Shown piece after piece: positions 8,181 through 16,252 of a stretch of DNA of 37,396 nucleotides. Positions within the stretch are counted from its first letter, which is position 1; every line of letters begins with the position of its first letter. The stretch lies in assembly GCA_011380095.1 (NCBI GenBank), contig DSAL01000063.1, forward strand, positions 1-37,396. The letters run 5' to 3'. Below the pieces are notes generated by a model, which saw only the letters and a program-made list of their open reading frames with translations, had not been told where the DNA came from and did not search any database. A program made the translations under genes and the position numbers. Source of the stretch: Candidatus Altiarchaeales archaeon (lineage in GTDB: Archaea > Altiarchaeota > Altiarchaeia > IMC4 > SCGC-AAA252-I15).

Positions 8181-9130
8181 GCGACGAGGACATCGAAGAA
8201 AAGATAGGCCCCACCATGGAAAAGATCGAGTCAAGCGAGAAGGGGATTTTCGAGATAGTCAAGAAAGTCAGAAAACTCCAGTCCGAAGCCAAAATCCTAA
8301 AGGAAAAACGCGACCGCCTCAACAACCAGTGCAAGACCATCGCGGACGAAGCGCGCGGTTTCCGGGAAAAACGGGATGAGCTGAACAATCAGATAACAGA
8401 ATTGAAGAAGGAGCGTGAAGTCCACAACAAGCTCGCCAAAGAGAAGAGCGGCGAGATTGAGGGGAAGAAGAAGGAGCGCGACAGGCTGAACGAGTCGGCG
8501 AGAGGCACCGACAAACGCCTTCAAAAGCTTTACGAAAAGAATGTTAAAAAGATTCTGGAAAAGGACCTTCCGCTCGACGACGAGAAGAAATTGTTTAAAA
8601 GCATTTTCGAGCTGGACGCGAGAATAAACGACGCGAAAAAAGCCGACGAACTCCACACTGAAGTCGTCGGGAAATACAATGACCTGAAGACCATCGACAC
8701 AAAAGTCGACGAGCTGAGCGGGAAGATCAGGGAGATAGCCAACAAGTCCGAAGAGCATCATCTTGAAGCCGTGAAACGATACGAGCAGCTTGACAAGCTG
8801 AGCGGCGAGGCCGACGAGCATCACGAGGCGTTAATCAAAAAGTACGGGGAAATCAACGAATTGCGCAAAAACATTGACGCCATCAAGGAAGACATTTCAA
8901 AGCTTCGGGAGGATATTGCCCCATACACTAGCGAGCTTGAATCCATTGAGAAGAGCAGGCGCGAGCTTGACTTGAAAAAGAAGGCCGACGAGGCGAAGGG
9001 GAAGCTTAGGGAGGGCAAGAGGCTTAGTTTCGACGACTTCAAGTCGCTTTTAGAAGGAGACGAAGACTTCCTAAGCGACGACGAATCGCAGGAAGATGCT
9101 GCAAAAGCGGATTCCCAGCAGTCAGCTTAA
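8177..9130 (+). CDS. Archaeal coiled-coil protein (COG1340-like)
   Basis: About 317 aa of K/E/R/D-rich heptad sequence, e.g. KEKRDRLNNQCKTIADEARGFREKRDELNNQITELKKEREVHNKL. It resembles the uncharacterised archaeal coiled-coil family COG1340. It has an acidic C-terminal tail. Confidence 0.6.
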   Translation: MSDEDIEEKIGPTMEKIESSEKGIFEIVKKVRKLQSEAKILKEKRDRLNNQCKTIADEARGFREKRDELNNQITELKKEREVHNKLAKEKSGEIEGKKKERDRLNESARGTDKRLQKLYEKNVKKILEKDLPLDDEKKLFKSIFELDARINDAKKADELHTEVVGKYNDLKTIDTKVDELSGKIREIANKSEEHHLEAVKRYEQLDKLSGEADEHHEALIKKYGEINELRKNIDAIKEDISKLREDIAPYTSELESIEKSRRELDLKKKADEAKGKLREGKRLSFDDFKSLLEGDEDFLSDDESQEDAAKADSQQSA

Positions 9131-10255
9131 GATAAAGTCCACCTCTTCTTTTTCAAGACCATAGTCTTCGAAGTCTTTATCAGTAATCTTCTTTTTCTCG
9201 TATAGCGTCTTGAAGAGGGGAATGTATTGTCTTGCGATAACAGTGCTTGACGCGTGAAGGAGCGGGGCGAGTTTTTCCCCAATCGACTTTTTCATGTTTT
9301 TCGCGGTTTTCGCCCGAGACATTGAAATCCATGCTGACGGAAACTTGTATTGAACGTAGTTTACTTTGTCGGGCCTTGAAAGGTTTACTCCACCTGTCAT
9401 CAGCGGGTTTGCGTATCTGAGGAAACCCCAGTACTGGCGGTTTTGTATTCTGCCAAGGAAGATGTCTGCGCGGGAGAGGTGTTCAAACGCCCGCGTCCTC
9501 GATTCTTTTGAAGAGTATAGGAGTGGCGTATTTTCCTCAATCCAGTACAAGACGTCTTTGGGCTGTTCGCCTATATTCCACGTGGATTCCACAACCTCCT
9601 TCAAGTCTCTTCCGCCGAACACCGTGCTCATGCAGGCGTAAATGTCTTTTTTCACGTCGCGGGGGTAAAGTTGTTCTAAATCCTTTTCCGTGATTTTTTT
9701 GGAGCCTGCCGATAATGCTTCAAGGTCGTGGAGTGCGGCGCGGTAGTCGCCCCCGGCATTCTTGCCGAGCTCCTTCAAAACGTCCTTTTCAGCCTCGATT
9801 CCCTCGGCGTCGCACACGGTTTTTAGAAATGCGCCAATTGACGCCGCCATCGGTTTTCTAAGCTGGAGTTCCCCGCACTTTTTTTTCAGAGTTGACAGTT
9901 TTCGCGAAGAATAGTCGCGGGTGGTCATGATGAGCGGGTTCTTGCACACGTTTATGAAGTCTGCGAGCTTTGTCGTATTCTGCTCGTCAACGTCTTCAAC
10001 TAGGAAGAGTTTCCTGCCCCCGAAAAGGCTTTTTGTGGCTGCGGAATTTTTCAGAACGTCAATGTTGTCTGAATCTACCTTGACGATATCCCATCCTTTT
10101 TCAACGGCAGTCAGCTCTGCTAGGAGTGTCTTTCCGACTCCGGTCTTCCCGTGTATTATAAGTGGACTGCCGTCCCACGCCGTCATGAATTCAACCGCCT
10201 TCGGAGTGCCGTGGAATTCACTGAGGCTTTTTGGCTTGTGTTTCACGCTCCACAT
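9122..10255 (-). CDS. rfcL: Replication factor C large subunit
   Basis: MWSVKHKPKSLSEF matches W.EKYRPK.L.E. Walker A is GKTGVGKT and Walker B is LFLVEDVD. NPLIMTT and GDYRAALHDLEAL correspond to NPIIM and GDLRAAINDLQ of Pyrococcus RFC-L. ATG 10255 is preferred over the track start at 10297. Confidence 0.85.
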   Translation of the reverse strand: MWSVKHKPKSLSEFHGTPKAVEFMTAWDGSPLIIHGKTGVGKTLLAELTAVEKGWDIVKVDSDNIDVLKNSAATKSLFGGRKLFLVEDVDEQNTTKLADFINVCKNPLIMTTRDYSSRKLSTLKKKCGELQLRKPMAASIGAFLKTVCDAEGIEAEKDVLKELGKNAGGDYRAALHDLEALSAGSKKITEKDLEQLYPRDVKKDIYACMSTVFGGRDLKEVVESTWNIGEQPKDVLYWIEENTPLLYSSKESRTRAFEHLSRADIFLGRIQNRQYWGFLRYANPLMTGGVNLSRPDKVNYVQYKFPSAWISMSRAKTAKNMKKSIGEKLAPLLHASSTVIARQYIPLFKTLYEKKKITDKDFEDYGLEKEEVDFILS

Positions 10256-10354
10256 GACTGGTAAAGTATTCGGAGAATTTTGATATAAACAGTGCAAGAG
10301 CGGGTGAAAACTGGATTTATATGTTGTTCAAACCATTTAGAATAAGGTTGTTTT

Positions 10355-11548
10355 ATGAAACCGTATAAAGTCATAAGAGACCCAATCCACGGCAACATAG
10401 GGCTCAGCGAGCTTGAAGTCGAACTTATAGACACAAGGCAGATGCAGAGGCTTCGGAACGTGAAGCAGAACGGCCTTTGCTACCTTGTTTATCCGGCGAT
10501 GAACTCCACCAGGTTTGAGCACAGCCTCGGGGTAATGCATCTTGGAGGCGTTTTGGCGGAAAATCTCGAGCTCGGTGAAGAAGACGCAAAAACCGTGCGG
10601 TGCGCGGGCCTCCTGCACGACATAGGGCACGGCCCGTTCTCGCACACCACCGAATTCGCTTGGAAGAAGACTGGGGCGGACCACGAATATTATTCTGAAA
10701 AAATCGTCCGCTCAGACGAGATATCAAAAATACTCAGAGAACATGGCGTAAAGCCAAAGAGGGTTTGCCAGCTCATAAAGGGTGTTGGAGCGCTTGGAGG
10801 GGTAATATCATCTCCAATAGACGTGGACAAGATGGATTATCTAATCCGCGACGCGTATTACGCTGGCGTAGCCTACGGAATCACAGACGTTGAGCGGGTG
10901 CTTCAAAGCATCAGGATTTTCGGCGACGAGATTTCGGTCGACGAGGACGGCCTTGAAGCGGTTGAAAGCCTGCTTGTCAACCGGAACCTGATGTATCAGA
11001 CAGTATACCGGCATCACGCGAAAAGAATCGCGGAAGCCATGTTTAGGAAAGCCCTCCAGAAGATGGTTGAGGAAGGCTTTAACCCCGAAAGCCTTGTTGA
11101 ATTCGACGATGTTGAAATGCTTTCGATAATGAGGGGGCATGGAGGCTTCGTCTCAGACATGATAAGACGCCTTGAAGCGAGGCGCCTGTACAAGAACGTT
11201 TTCAGGGAAAATCTGGTTGGCCTTGACAAAGACTTCAAAAAAGAGGTTTCAAGAAATCCGGACGAACTTGAAGAGCGGATAGAGGTGGAGCTTGGCCTGG
11301 ACGAAGGCTCTGTCATCGTCGACTATCCTGAAGTGCAGATGAGCGAGTTCAAGGTTAAGATACTGTCAAACGGAAAACTAAAGCCGATAGACGACATGTC
11401 GACTATCGCTAAAAACCTCGAACAGTCCGACATGGAAAAACTATGCCTAAACATTTACTGCGAGACCGGCATGCTTGAAAAAACAGGTGGATTCAACCCG
11501 AAAAGGTATGTCAAATACTCGCAGACTCATATCGACACTTTTATATAA
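10355..11548 (+). CDS. HD-domain phosphohydrolase (COG1078, SAMHD1/dGTPase-like)
   Basis: Motifs are VIRDPIHGNI, RLRNVKQ, TRFEHSLGVMHL, LLHDIGHGPFSH and DVDKMDYLIRDAYYAGV. Confidence 0.85.
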   Translation: MKPYKVIRDPIHGNIGLSELEVELIDTRQMQRLRNVKQNGLCYLVYPAMNSTRFEHSLGVMHLGGVLAENLELGEEDAKTVRCAGLLHDIGHGPFSHTTEFAWKKTGADHEYYSEKIVRSDEISKILREHGVKPKRVCQLIKGVGALGGVISSPIDVDKMDYLIRDAYYAGVAYGITDVERVLQSIRIFGDEISVDEDGLEAVESLLVNRNLMYQTVYRHHAKRIAEAMFRKALQKMVEEGFNPESLVEFDDVEMLSIMRGHGGFVSDMIRRLEARRLYKNVFRENLVGLDKDFKKEVSRNPDELEERIEVELGLDEGSVIVDYPEVQMSEFKVKILSNGKLKPIDDMSTIAKNLEQSDMEKLCLNIYCETGMLEKTGGFNPKRYVKYSQTHIDTFI

Positions 11549-11585
11549 GGGTTTTCAATAATTTCCTTGAGGTGTTATTTTAACA

Positions 11586-11702
11586 ATGGGCGAGAAAGAA
11601 TCTGCCAGCATGGATGCAGAGCAAAAAAAGAAGGACAATATGATGATGATTGGAATGGCCATCGCAATGGCCCTGATAATCTACTTCCTCTGGTTCAGGT
11701 AG
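11586..11702 (+). CDS. Small hypothetical membrane protein (38 aa)
   Basis: Hand translation gives MGEKESASMDAEQKKKDNMMMIGMAIAMALIIYFLWFR*. It has a charged N-terminus and one TM helix. GAGGTG lies about 12 nt upstream of the ATG. It is a better candidate than the overlapping 72-aa track ORF at 11567-11785. Confidence 0.3.
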   Translation: MGEKESASMDAEQKKKDNMMMIGMAIAMALIIYFLWFR

Positions 11703-11710
11703 AAAAAAAC

Positions 11711-12274
11711 CTATTTTATTTTTTCCCAAACTATTTCTCTTATTTTTTCCCTTGTTTCCCCGAAACTCCTGCCGGAGTCCACTGAAACCATGTCGCCGAA
11801 TTTATAATAGTTTTCCCGTACTTTCGCGAGAAACTCCCTCTTCTCGAAAATCTCGTCTCCCGAATAGCGTGAAACCGCCGCATCAAGGGGGATGTCCAAA
11901 AGGATTGTCAAATCCGGCTTTGGCGCGAACTCGTTTATTTTCACAAGCCAACTCCAAGAGACGCCCTGCGCCGCCTGATAGGCGATTGTACTATAGTAGT
12001 ATCTTTCGCAAACCACAATCTTTTCGGAGTCGAGCGCCGGGAGTATAAGGCTTTTGACGTGCTGGCTTCGGTCTGCCGTGAAAAGAAGCGCGAGCGTTTC
12101 GGGGTCTGCGGTTGCTTTCCCTCCGAGAACCTCACGAATCCACATTCCGGTTTTGGAGTTGGTGGGCTCCGCGGTCAAGACAACGTCAAAGCCTTTTTCC
12201 CCAAGCCACTTTCCCAAATCTTTCGCGTGAGTCGACTTCCCGCAACCGTCAATCCCTTCCAAAACGATAAACAT
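11711..12274 (-). CDS. tmk: Thymidylate kinase
   Basis: MFIVLEGIDGCGKSTHAKDL carries the P-loop. DRY-like ERYYYSTIAYQ is present. 187 aa. Confidence 0.9.
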   Translation of the reverse strand: MFIVLEGIDGCGKSTHAKDLGKWLGEKGFDVVLTAEPTNSKTGMWIREVLGGKATADPETLALLFTADRSQHVKSLILPALDSEKIVVCERYYYSTIAYQAAQGVSWSWLVKINEFAPKPDLTILLDIPLDAAVSRYSGDEIFEKREFLAKVRENYYKFGDMVSVDSGRSFGETREKIREIVWEKIK

Positions 12275-12353
12275 TTTCTTGCCTTAAGAGATTAGGCTGG
12301 AGGCTAAATAATCGGAAGGATTTAAGTAGGTACTTCCTTTAGAAACTGCAGTA

Positions 12354-13244
12354 ATGGAAGCTGAAGAAGAGAAAAAGATTTTGAAGGCCGGCGAGATTTC
12401 CGGAAAAGTCCGGGAGTGGAGCAGGAAGCTCGTGAAGCCCGGCGCAAAAATAGTCGAAATCGCCGACGCAATCGAGGCCGAGATAAATAAGGAGGGGGGG
12501 AGACTCGCATTCCCCGTCAACGTCTGCATAAATGACGTGACCGCCCACTACGCACCTAAATTCAACGACGAAACAGTTCTTGGGGAAGCCGACGTCGTCT
12601 CAATTGATTTGGGGGCGCACGTCGACGGGTATATCGGCGACACCGCATACACCATAGACTTGGGCGGGGAATACGGCGATTTGCTTGAGGCTAACGAGAG
12701 GGCTCTTGAAGAGTCGCTTAAACTCGTGGCTCCCGGCGTCTCTGTTTCCGAAATCGGCAAGACAGTCCAGGAGATACTGGAGGACGCGGGATTCAAGCCT
12801 ATTGAAAACCTTTCGGGACACGAGATAGGGCAATACAATCTTCACGCGGGCCTTAGCATTCCAAACATCAAGGTTCCATACGACTGGAGGGTTGAGGAGG
12901 GCATGGTGTTGGCTTTCGAACCGTTCGCGACAAACGGTTATGGCAGGGTTATCGAGAGCGCGCAGGCCGAAATATACGGCATGGACGAGGGCGTGAAAGT
13001 CCGCGACCGAGAGGCCAGGAAGATTCTGCGGGAGATGGAAGAGCGTAAAGGACTGCCTTTCGCAGTGCGCTGGTACGCGGAAAAGATGAGTCCAGTCCGT
13101 CTTGGAATGGTCTTGAACCAGCTCTCGCAGCAGGAAATAATAAAGAGATACCCGCCGCTCCACGAGAAGGAGAAGGGCATTGTCTCGCAGTTCGAGCACA
13201 CAGTTATTGTTACGGAAGACGGGTGCAAGATAACGACGAAATAA
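12354..13244 (+). CDS. map: Methionine aminopeptidase, type 2 (archaeal)
   Basis: 296 aa. Matching stretches are KAGEISGKV, AFPVNVCINDVTAHY, DLGAHVDGYIGDTA, SGHEIGQY and FEHTVIVTEDGCKITT. Confidence 0.9.
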   Translation: MEAEEEKKILKAGEISGKVREWSRKLVKPGAKIVEIADAIEAEINKEGGRLAFPVNVCINDVTAHYAPKFNDETVLGEADVVSIDLGAHVDGYIGDTAYTIDLGGEYGDLLEANERALEESLKLVAPGVSVSEIGKTVQEILEDAGFKPIENLSGHEIGQYNLHAGLSIPNIKVPYDWRVEEGMVLAFEPFATNGYGRVIESAQAEIYGMDEGVKVRDREARKILREMEERKGLPFAVRWYAEKMSPVRLGMVLNQLSQQEIIKRYPPLHEKEKGIVSQFEHTVIVTEDGCKITTK

Positions 13245-13276
13245 TTTTGTCCAGATGATTTTTCTTGCGCAAACTA

Positions 13277-13290
13277 TTTTTTTATTTTTT
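13277..13290 (+). terminator. Oligo-T tract (T7-A-T6) downstream of map
   Basis: T-runs at 13277-13283 and 13285-13290, about 33 nt after the map stop. Archaeal terminators are oligo-T tracts. The tract overlaps the 3-prime end of convergent hmgA. Confidence 0.3.
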
Positions 13291-14535
13291 CGAAAGAATT
13301 TCCTTCGCCCTGTCGACTCGAACGTCTTTTTCCAAAACCATTTGTCTGACAACGTCCTCGATTTCCCCGGGTTTTGCGCCCGCCTGGATTGCGATGTTTT
13401 TCGCGTGAAGCCTCATGTGGCCCCGCTGTATCCCCTCAGTCGCCAGCGCCTTCAATGCCGCAAGATTTTGGGCTAAACCCACGGACGCTGTCACCTGGGC
13501 GAGCTCTTGCGCGGTCTTGACTCCAAGTATTTTAACGCACGTTTTTGCGACGGGGTGTGTTTTCGTGGCGCCTCCAACCAGACCTACCGCCAAGGGCATT
13601 TCGATTTCGCCGACCAGGTCGCCGGCACTGTTTTTAGAGTATTTCGTCAAAGGCTTGTATGAGCCGGACATTGAAGCGTATGCGTGGGCTCCAGCCTCGA
13701 CCGCGCGCGTGTCGTTGCCGGTTGCGGCGACAACCGCCGTGATGCCGTTCATAACGCCCTTGTTGTGCGTCACAGCGCGATACACGTCGGCGTCCGCAAA
13801 CGCGTATGCCGAGATGATTGCGTCCACAACTTCGGCGCCACCCAACTCTTCTTTCGGGAAAACGGCTTTCGCGGTGACGATGCGCTTTACCGCGTAGTTT
13901 GAGAGTATGCGCAAAAGCACTTTCCCGCCCGTCATCTCCTCTATCAATGGAGCGCAGGCTTCAGCCATTGTGTTGACCGCGTTCGCGCCCATGGCGTCAC
14001 GCACGTCGACTTCAAGATGCACTATGAGCATTTCGCCTGCGGACGTCTTGATTATCCCTGACTCTATGTTGCGGCATCCCCCCCCGAACTTGACGAGTGT
14101 CGGGTCACGGCTGTTGGCAAGTTCTATGATTTTCTCTTTAGCAGAATCCACTGCTTTTTTGCCGGCTTTTGCATCGCAGTCTGTCACCTGTATTTGGGAT
14201 ATCATGACCGGTTCTGTGGAGGTTGTCTTGAATCCGCCGCCCGCTCTTGCAATCTTTGCGGCGTTGCTTGCTGCGGCGACGACCGACGGCTCTTCCGTCG
14301 CCATTGGAATCAGGTAGTCTTTGCCATTTATCAGGAAGTTTACGGCTACTCCGATAGGGTATTGCGTCATTCCTATGACGTTTTCTATCATGCCGTCCGC
14401 CTGCCGTATTGAAAGGCCTTCGTTCAGTATCGTGACCTCCGAATCGGAGAGGCCTGCCTCTTTCGCAACGACTTCAAGCCTTTTTTTCACGTCAAGCCTG
14501 TAAAATCCGGAGATTTTAGAGTTTACCATCTTCAA
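13282..14535 (-). CDS. hmgA: HMG-CoA reductase, class II-type
   Basis: 417 aa. Matching stretches are GMIENVIGMTQYPIGVA.NFLINGKDYLIPMATEEPSVVAAASNAAK, DAMGANAVNTMAE, GGATKTHP and RGHMRLHAKN. These resemble the Pseudomonas mevalonii/Archaeoglobus class II enzymes. Confidence 0.9.
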   Translation of the reverse strand: MKMVNSKISGFYRLDVKKRLEVVAKEAGLSDSEVTILNEGLSIRQADGMIENVIGMTQYPIGVAVNFLINGKDYLIPMATEEPSVVAAASNAAKIARAGGGFKTTSTEPVMISQIQVTDCDAKAGKKAVDSAKEKIIELANSRDPTLVKFGGGCRNIESGIIKTSAGEMLIVHLEVDVRDAMGANAVNTMAEACAPLIEEMTGGKVLLRILSNYAVKRIVTAKAVFPKEELGGAEVVDAIISAYAFADADVYRAVTHNKGVMNGITAVVAATGNDTRAVEAGAHAYASMSGSYKPLTKYSKNSAGDLVGEIEMPLAVGLVGGATKTHPVAKTCVKILGVKTAQELAQVTASVGLAQNLAALKALATEGIQRGHMRLHAKNIAIQAGAKPGEIEDVVRQMVLEKDVRVDRAKEILSKK

Positions 14536-14607
14536 AGCATACTAGGAGTTGTGCGATAAAAAAGACCGTGGAATGTTTTTCGTCGAGCGTCGAATATGCC
14601 GGCTGTT

Positions 14608-14997
14608 TTAGTTGCTTTCGTACTCGCTCTCGTACTGTTCGTAGTCGTCTATCCCGTAGTCGTCGCCGCGGTAGTCTGTAAGCTCTATCGTGGATTTCGC
14701 AAGGTCTTTGGCGAACTCGTAGGTGCATGAGCCGCCCCAATAGTAGTCGCAAAACTCGCAGCATTTCCCCTTATCCGTACATATCTTGTAGTCCTGACAG
14801 TGCTTGCAGCATTTTACAGCTTTGGGGAACTTGCTTTTTTCGGAAGGTGATTTGGATGTTTTTTCTGCTTTCGCGGCCTTCTTTTTCACAGGCTTCTTCT
14901 TGGCAGCCTTCGTTTTAACGGTTTTTTTCACGGCCTTTTTAGTAATGGTTTTTTTCGCCGCCTTCTTCTTGACAGGTTTTTTCTTGCTTTCAGCCAT
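14608..14997 (-). CDS. Small protein: Lys/Ala/Pro-rich basic tail + 8-Cys module + acidic Tyr-rich tail
   Basis: 129 aa. The first ~60 residues (MAESKKKPVKKKAAKKTITKKAVKKTVKTKAAKKKPVKKKAAKAEK...) are histone-H1/Hc1-like. The middle is CCKHCQDYKICTDKGKCCEFCDYYWGGSC. The C-terminus is DDYGIDDYEQYESEYESN. No family recognised. Confidence 0.6.
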   Translation of the reverse strand: MAESKKKPVKKKAAKKTITKKAVKKTVKTKAAKKKPVKKKAAKAEKTSKSPSEKSKFPKAVKCCKHCQDYKICTDKGKCCEFCDYYWGGSCTYEFAKDLAKSTIELTDYRGDDYGIDDYEQYESEYESN

Positions 14998-15058
14998 TCA
15001 ACCACTCTCGGAGTGAGGAAAATGTTTTAATTTAACTACAGTATCCTATAAAAATGAG

Positions 15059-15475
15059 ATGGACGGTTTGGCGGGATACTTTGACATGCTCTACAAGTTA
15101 AGTGTGATGTTGGGATTCACGATTTTTTTGATTAAGCTTCCCGCCTGGATAACCTGCTTCAGGCTTGGAGCCAAAAAGGACTTGTTTGAATGCCGGATGT
15201 GCGGGAACTGCTGCCGATTCAATATAATAGATGTGAACAAGAAGGATGTTGAAAGGTTTCGGGCTGACGGATACTCCGAGTTCACCGATGAAAATGAGAA
15301 GATGATGAAGCGGGTGAACGGCAGATGCATTTTTCTTGAAGACGACAAGTGCAGCGCCCACAAGTCGAGGGGGAAGGTTTGCAGGGAGTTTCCCTTCCAG
15401 CGGATTTACGGGAGATGGTTCTGCCAGGAAGTGCAGTTCTGTCCCGGCGTTGATGATTTGAAGAAGAAGCTATGA
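15059..15475 (+). CDS. YkgJ/UPF0153-family cysteine-cluster protein (CxxCxxCC)
   Basis: Motifs are CRMCGNCCRF and GRCIFLEDDKCSAHKSRGKVCREFP. The start could instead be ATG 15086 (MLYKL), given the TATAAAAA at 15046-15053. The stop overlaps the next start (ATGA). Confidence 0.75.
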   Translation: MDGLAGYFDMLYKLSVMLGFTIFLIKLPAWITCFRLGAKKDLFECRMCGNCCRFNIIDVNKKDVERFRADGYSEFTDENEKMMKRVNGRCIFLEDDKCSAHKSRGKVCREFPFQRIYGRWFCQEVQFCPGVDDLKKKL

Positions 15476-16251
15476 ACGGCGGGGATTTGACTGAACGGTT
15501 TGTGGAGTCCATAAAATGGATTCGCGAAATTTTTCTGCCCATGGACGATATCGCAAATCCCGTCATGGGCATAAGGGAATGGGATGATTCCGTCTGCATC
15601 GAATTTTGCGGAAGGCTTTTAGCCTCCTGCGACGGACCCTACACTAAACGGTTGGTGATGAAGAGCGCGCTCGTACACGCCGCAACAGACGTTGTCGTCA
15701 AGGGCGGAAAGCCCTTGTTCGCCCTTGACTGCGTGATAGGGGGGCGGCCTGATGTGGAGGAGATGATTGATTCGCTTAATATTCAGGCCCTGTCCTTGGA
15801 TATTCCGATTCTTGGCGGAAACACTCTTTTTGAAGATGTTGAGCCAAGAGCCAGCCTGACTGTTGTCGGAGAGCTTTTGCTGGATGCTCCGATACGCGAT
15901 TCCACCGCGGTTTCAGGCGACTTGATAGCGCTTTTGGGCGAACCGGTCTGGGGGGAGCGTGTGGAGCGGCTTGAGATTGCGAAGCGGATGTTTGAAGCCT
16001 GGTTCAAGATTATTGAAGAAGTGGAAATCAATTCCTCAAAAGACGTCACGAAAGGCGGTCTTTCATCATGCATCGCAGAGATGGAGGAGAAGTCCGGCAA
16101 GAAATTCAAGTTGATTGGTAATATCCCGTATCCTTTGGGCCGGAACCTCGACAACTTTTTGGTGACGCTTTCAGAAAAAGAGTTTGAGAAGTTGAAGGAA
16201 GTCTGCGGGGAAAACAAGTGCCGGCTGGAAAAAATCGGTTTTGTGGAATAA
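15472..16251 (+). CDS. PurM/AIR-synthase-related protein (COG2144-like), paralog 1
   Basis: Matching stretches are DDSVCIEF...ASCDGPY, VHAATDVVVKGGKPLFALD, SLDIPILGGNT and ASLTVVGEL. These are the PurM-superfamily N-domain motifs. It is clearly paralogous to 36486-37373. Confidence 0.7.
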   Translation: MNGGDLTERFVESIKWIREIFLPMDDIANPVMGIREWDDSVCIEFCGRLLASCDGPYTKRLVMKSALVHAATDVVVKGGKPLFALDCVIGGRPDVEEMIDSLNIQALSLDIPILGGNTLFEDVEPRASLTVVGELLLDAPIRDSTAVSGDLIALLGEPVWGERVERLEIAKRMFEAWFKIIEEVEINSSKDVTKGGLSSCIAEMEEKSGKKFKLIGNIPYPLGRNLDNFLVTLSEKEFEKLKEVCGENKCRLEKIGFVE

Positions 16252-16252
16252 C

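Noticed and set aside
8297-8824. 175-aa minus-strand ORF, plus 17843-18385 (180 aa) and 22546-23007 (153 aa)
   Set aside because: They are antisense shadows of the coiled-coil gene, the NrdD-like gene and pheT respectively.
11639-11680. ATGATGATGA followed later by CTGA; possible C/D box sRNA
   Set aside because: The box spacing is about 26 nt rather than ~12. There is no C-prime/D-prime pair and no terminal stem. The ATG repeats are explained by the MMM codons of the small ORF.
11567-11785. 72-aa + strand track ORF
   Set aside because: It has an alternative start and no hydrophobic or motif structure. Its 3-prime part overlaps tmk on the opposite strand. The 38-aa ORF in another frame (11586-11702) fits the gap better.
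12600-13352. 250-aa ORF on the minus strand
   Set aside because: It is entirely antisense to the well-supported methionine aminopeptidase gene. Its sequence is low-information and R/L/F-rich with no recognisable motif. It is a shadow ORF.
14820-14997. Repetitive low-complexity DNA (GCCTTCTT / TTTTTTC units)
   Set aside because: It is not a CRISPR or tandem-repeat element. It is the coding sequence for the K/A-rich tail of the 129-aa protein, seen on the reverse strand.
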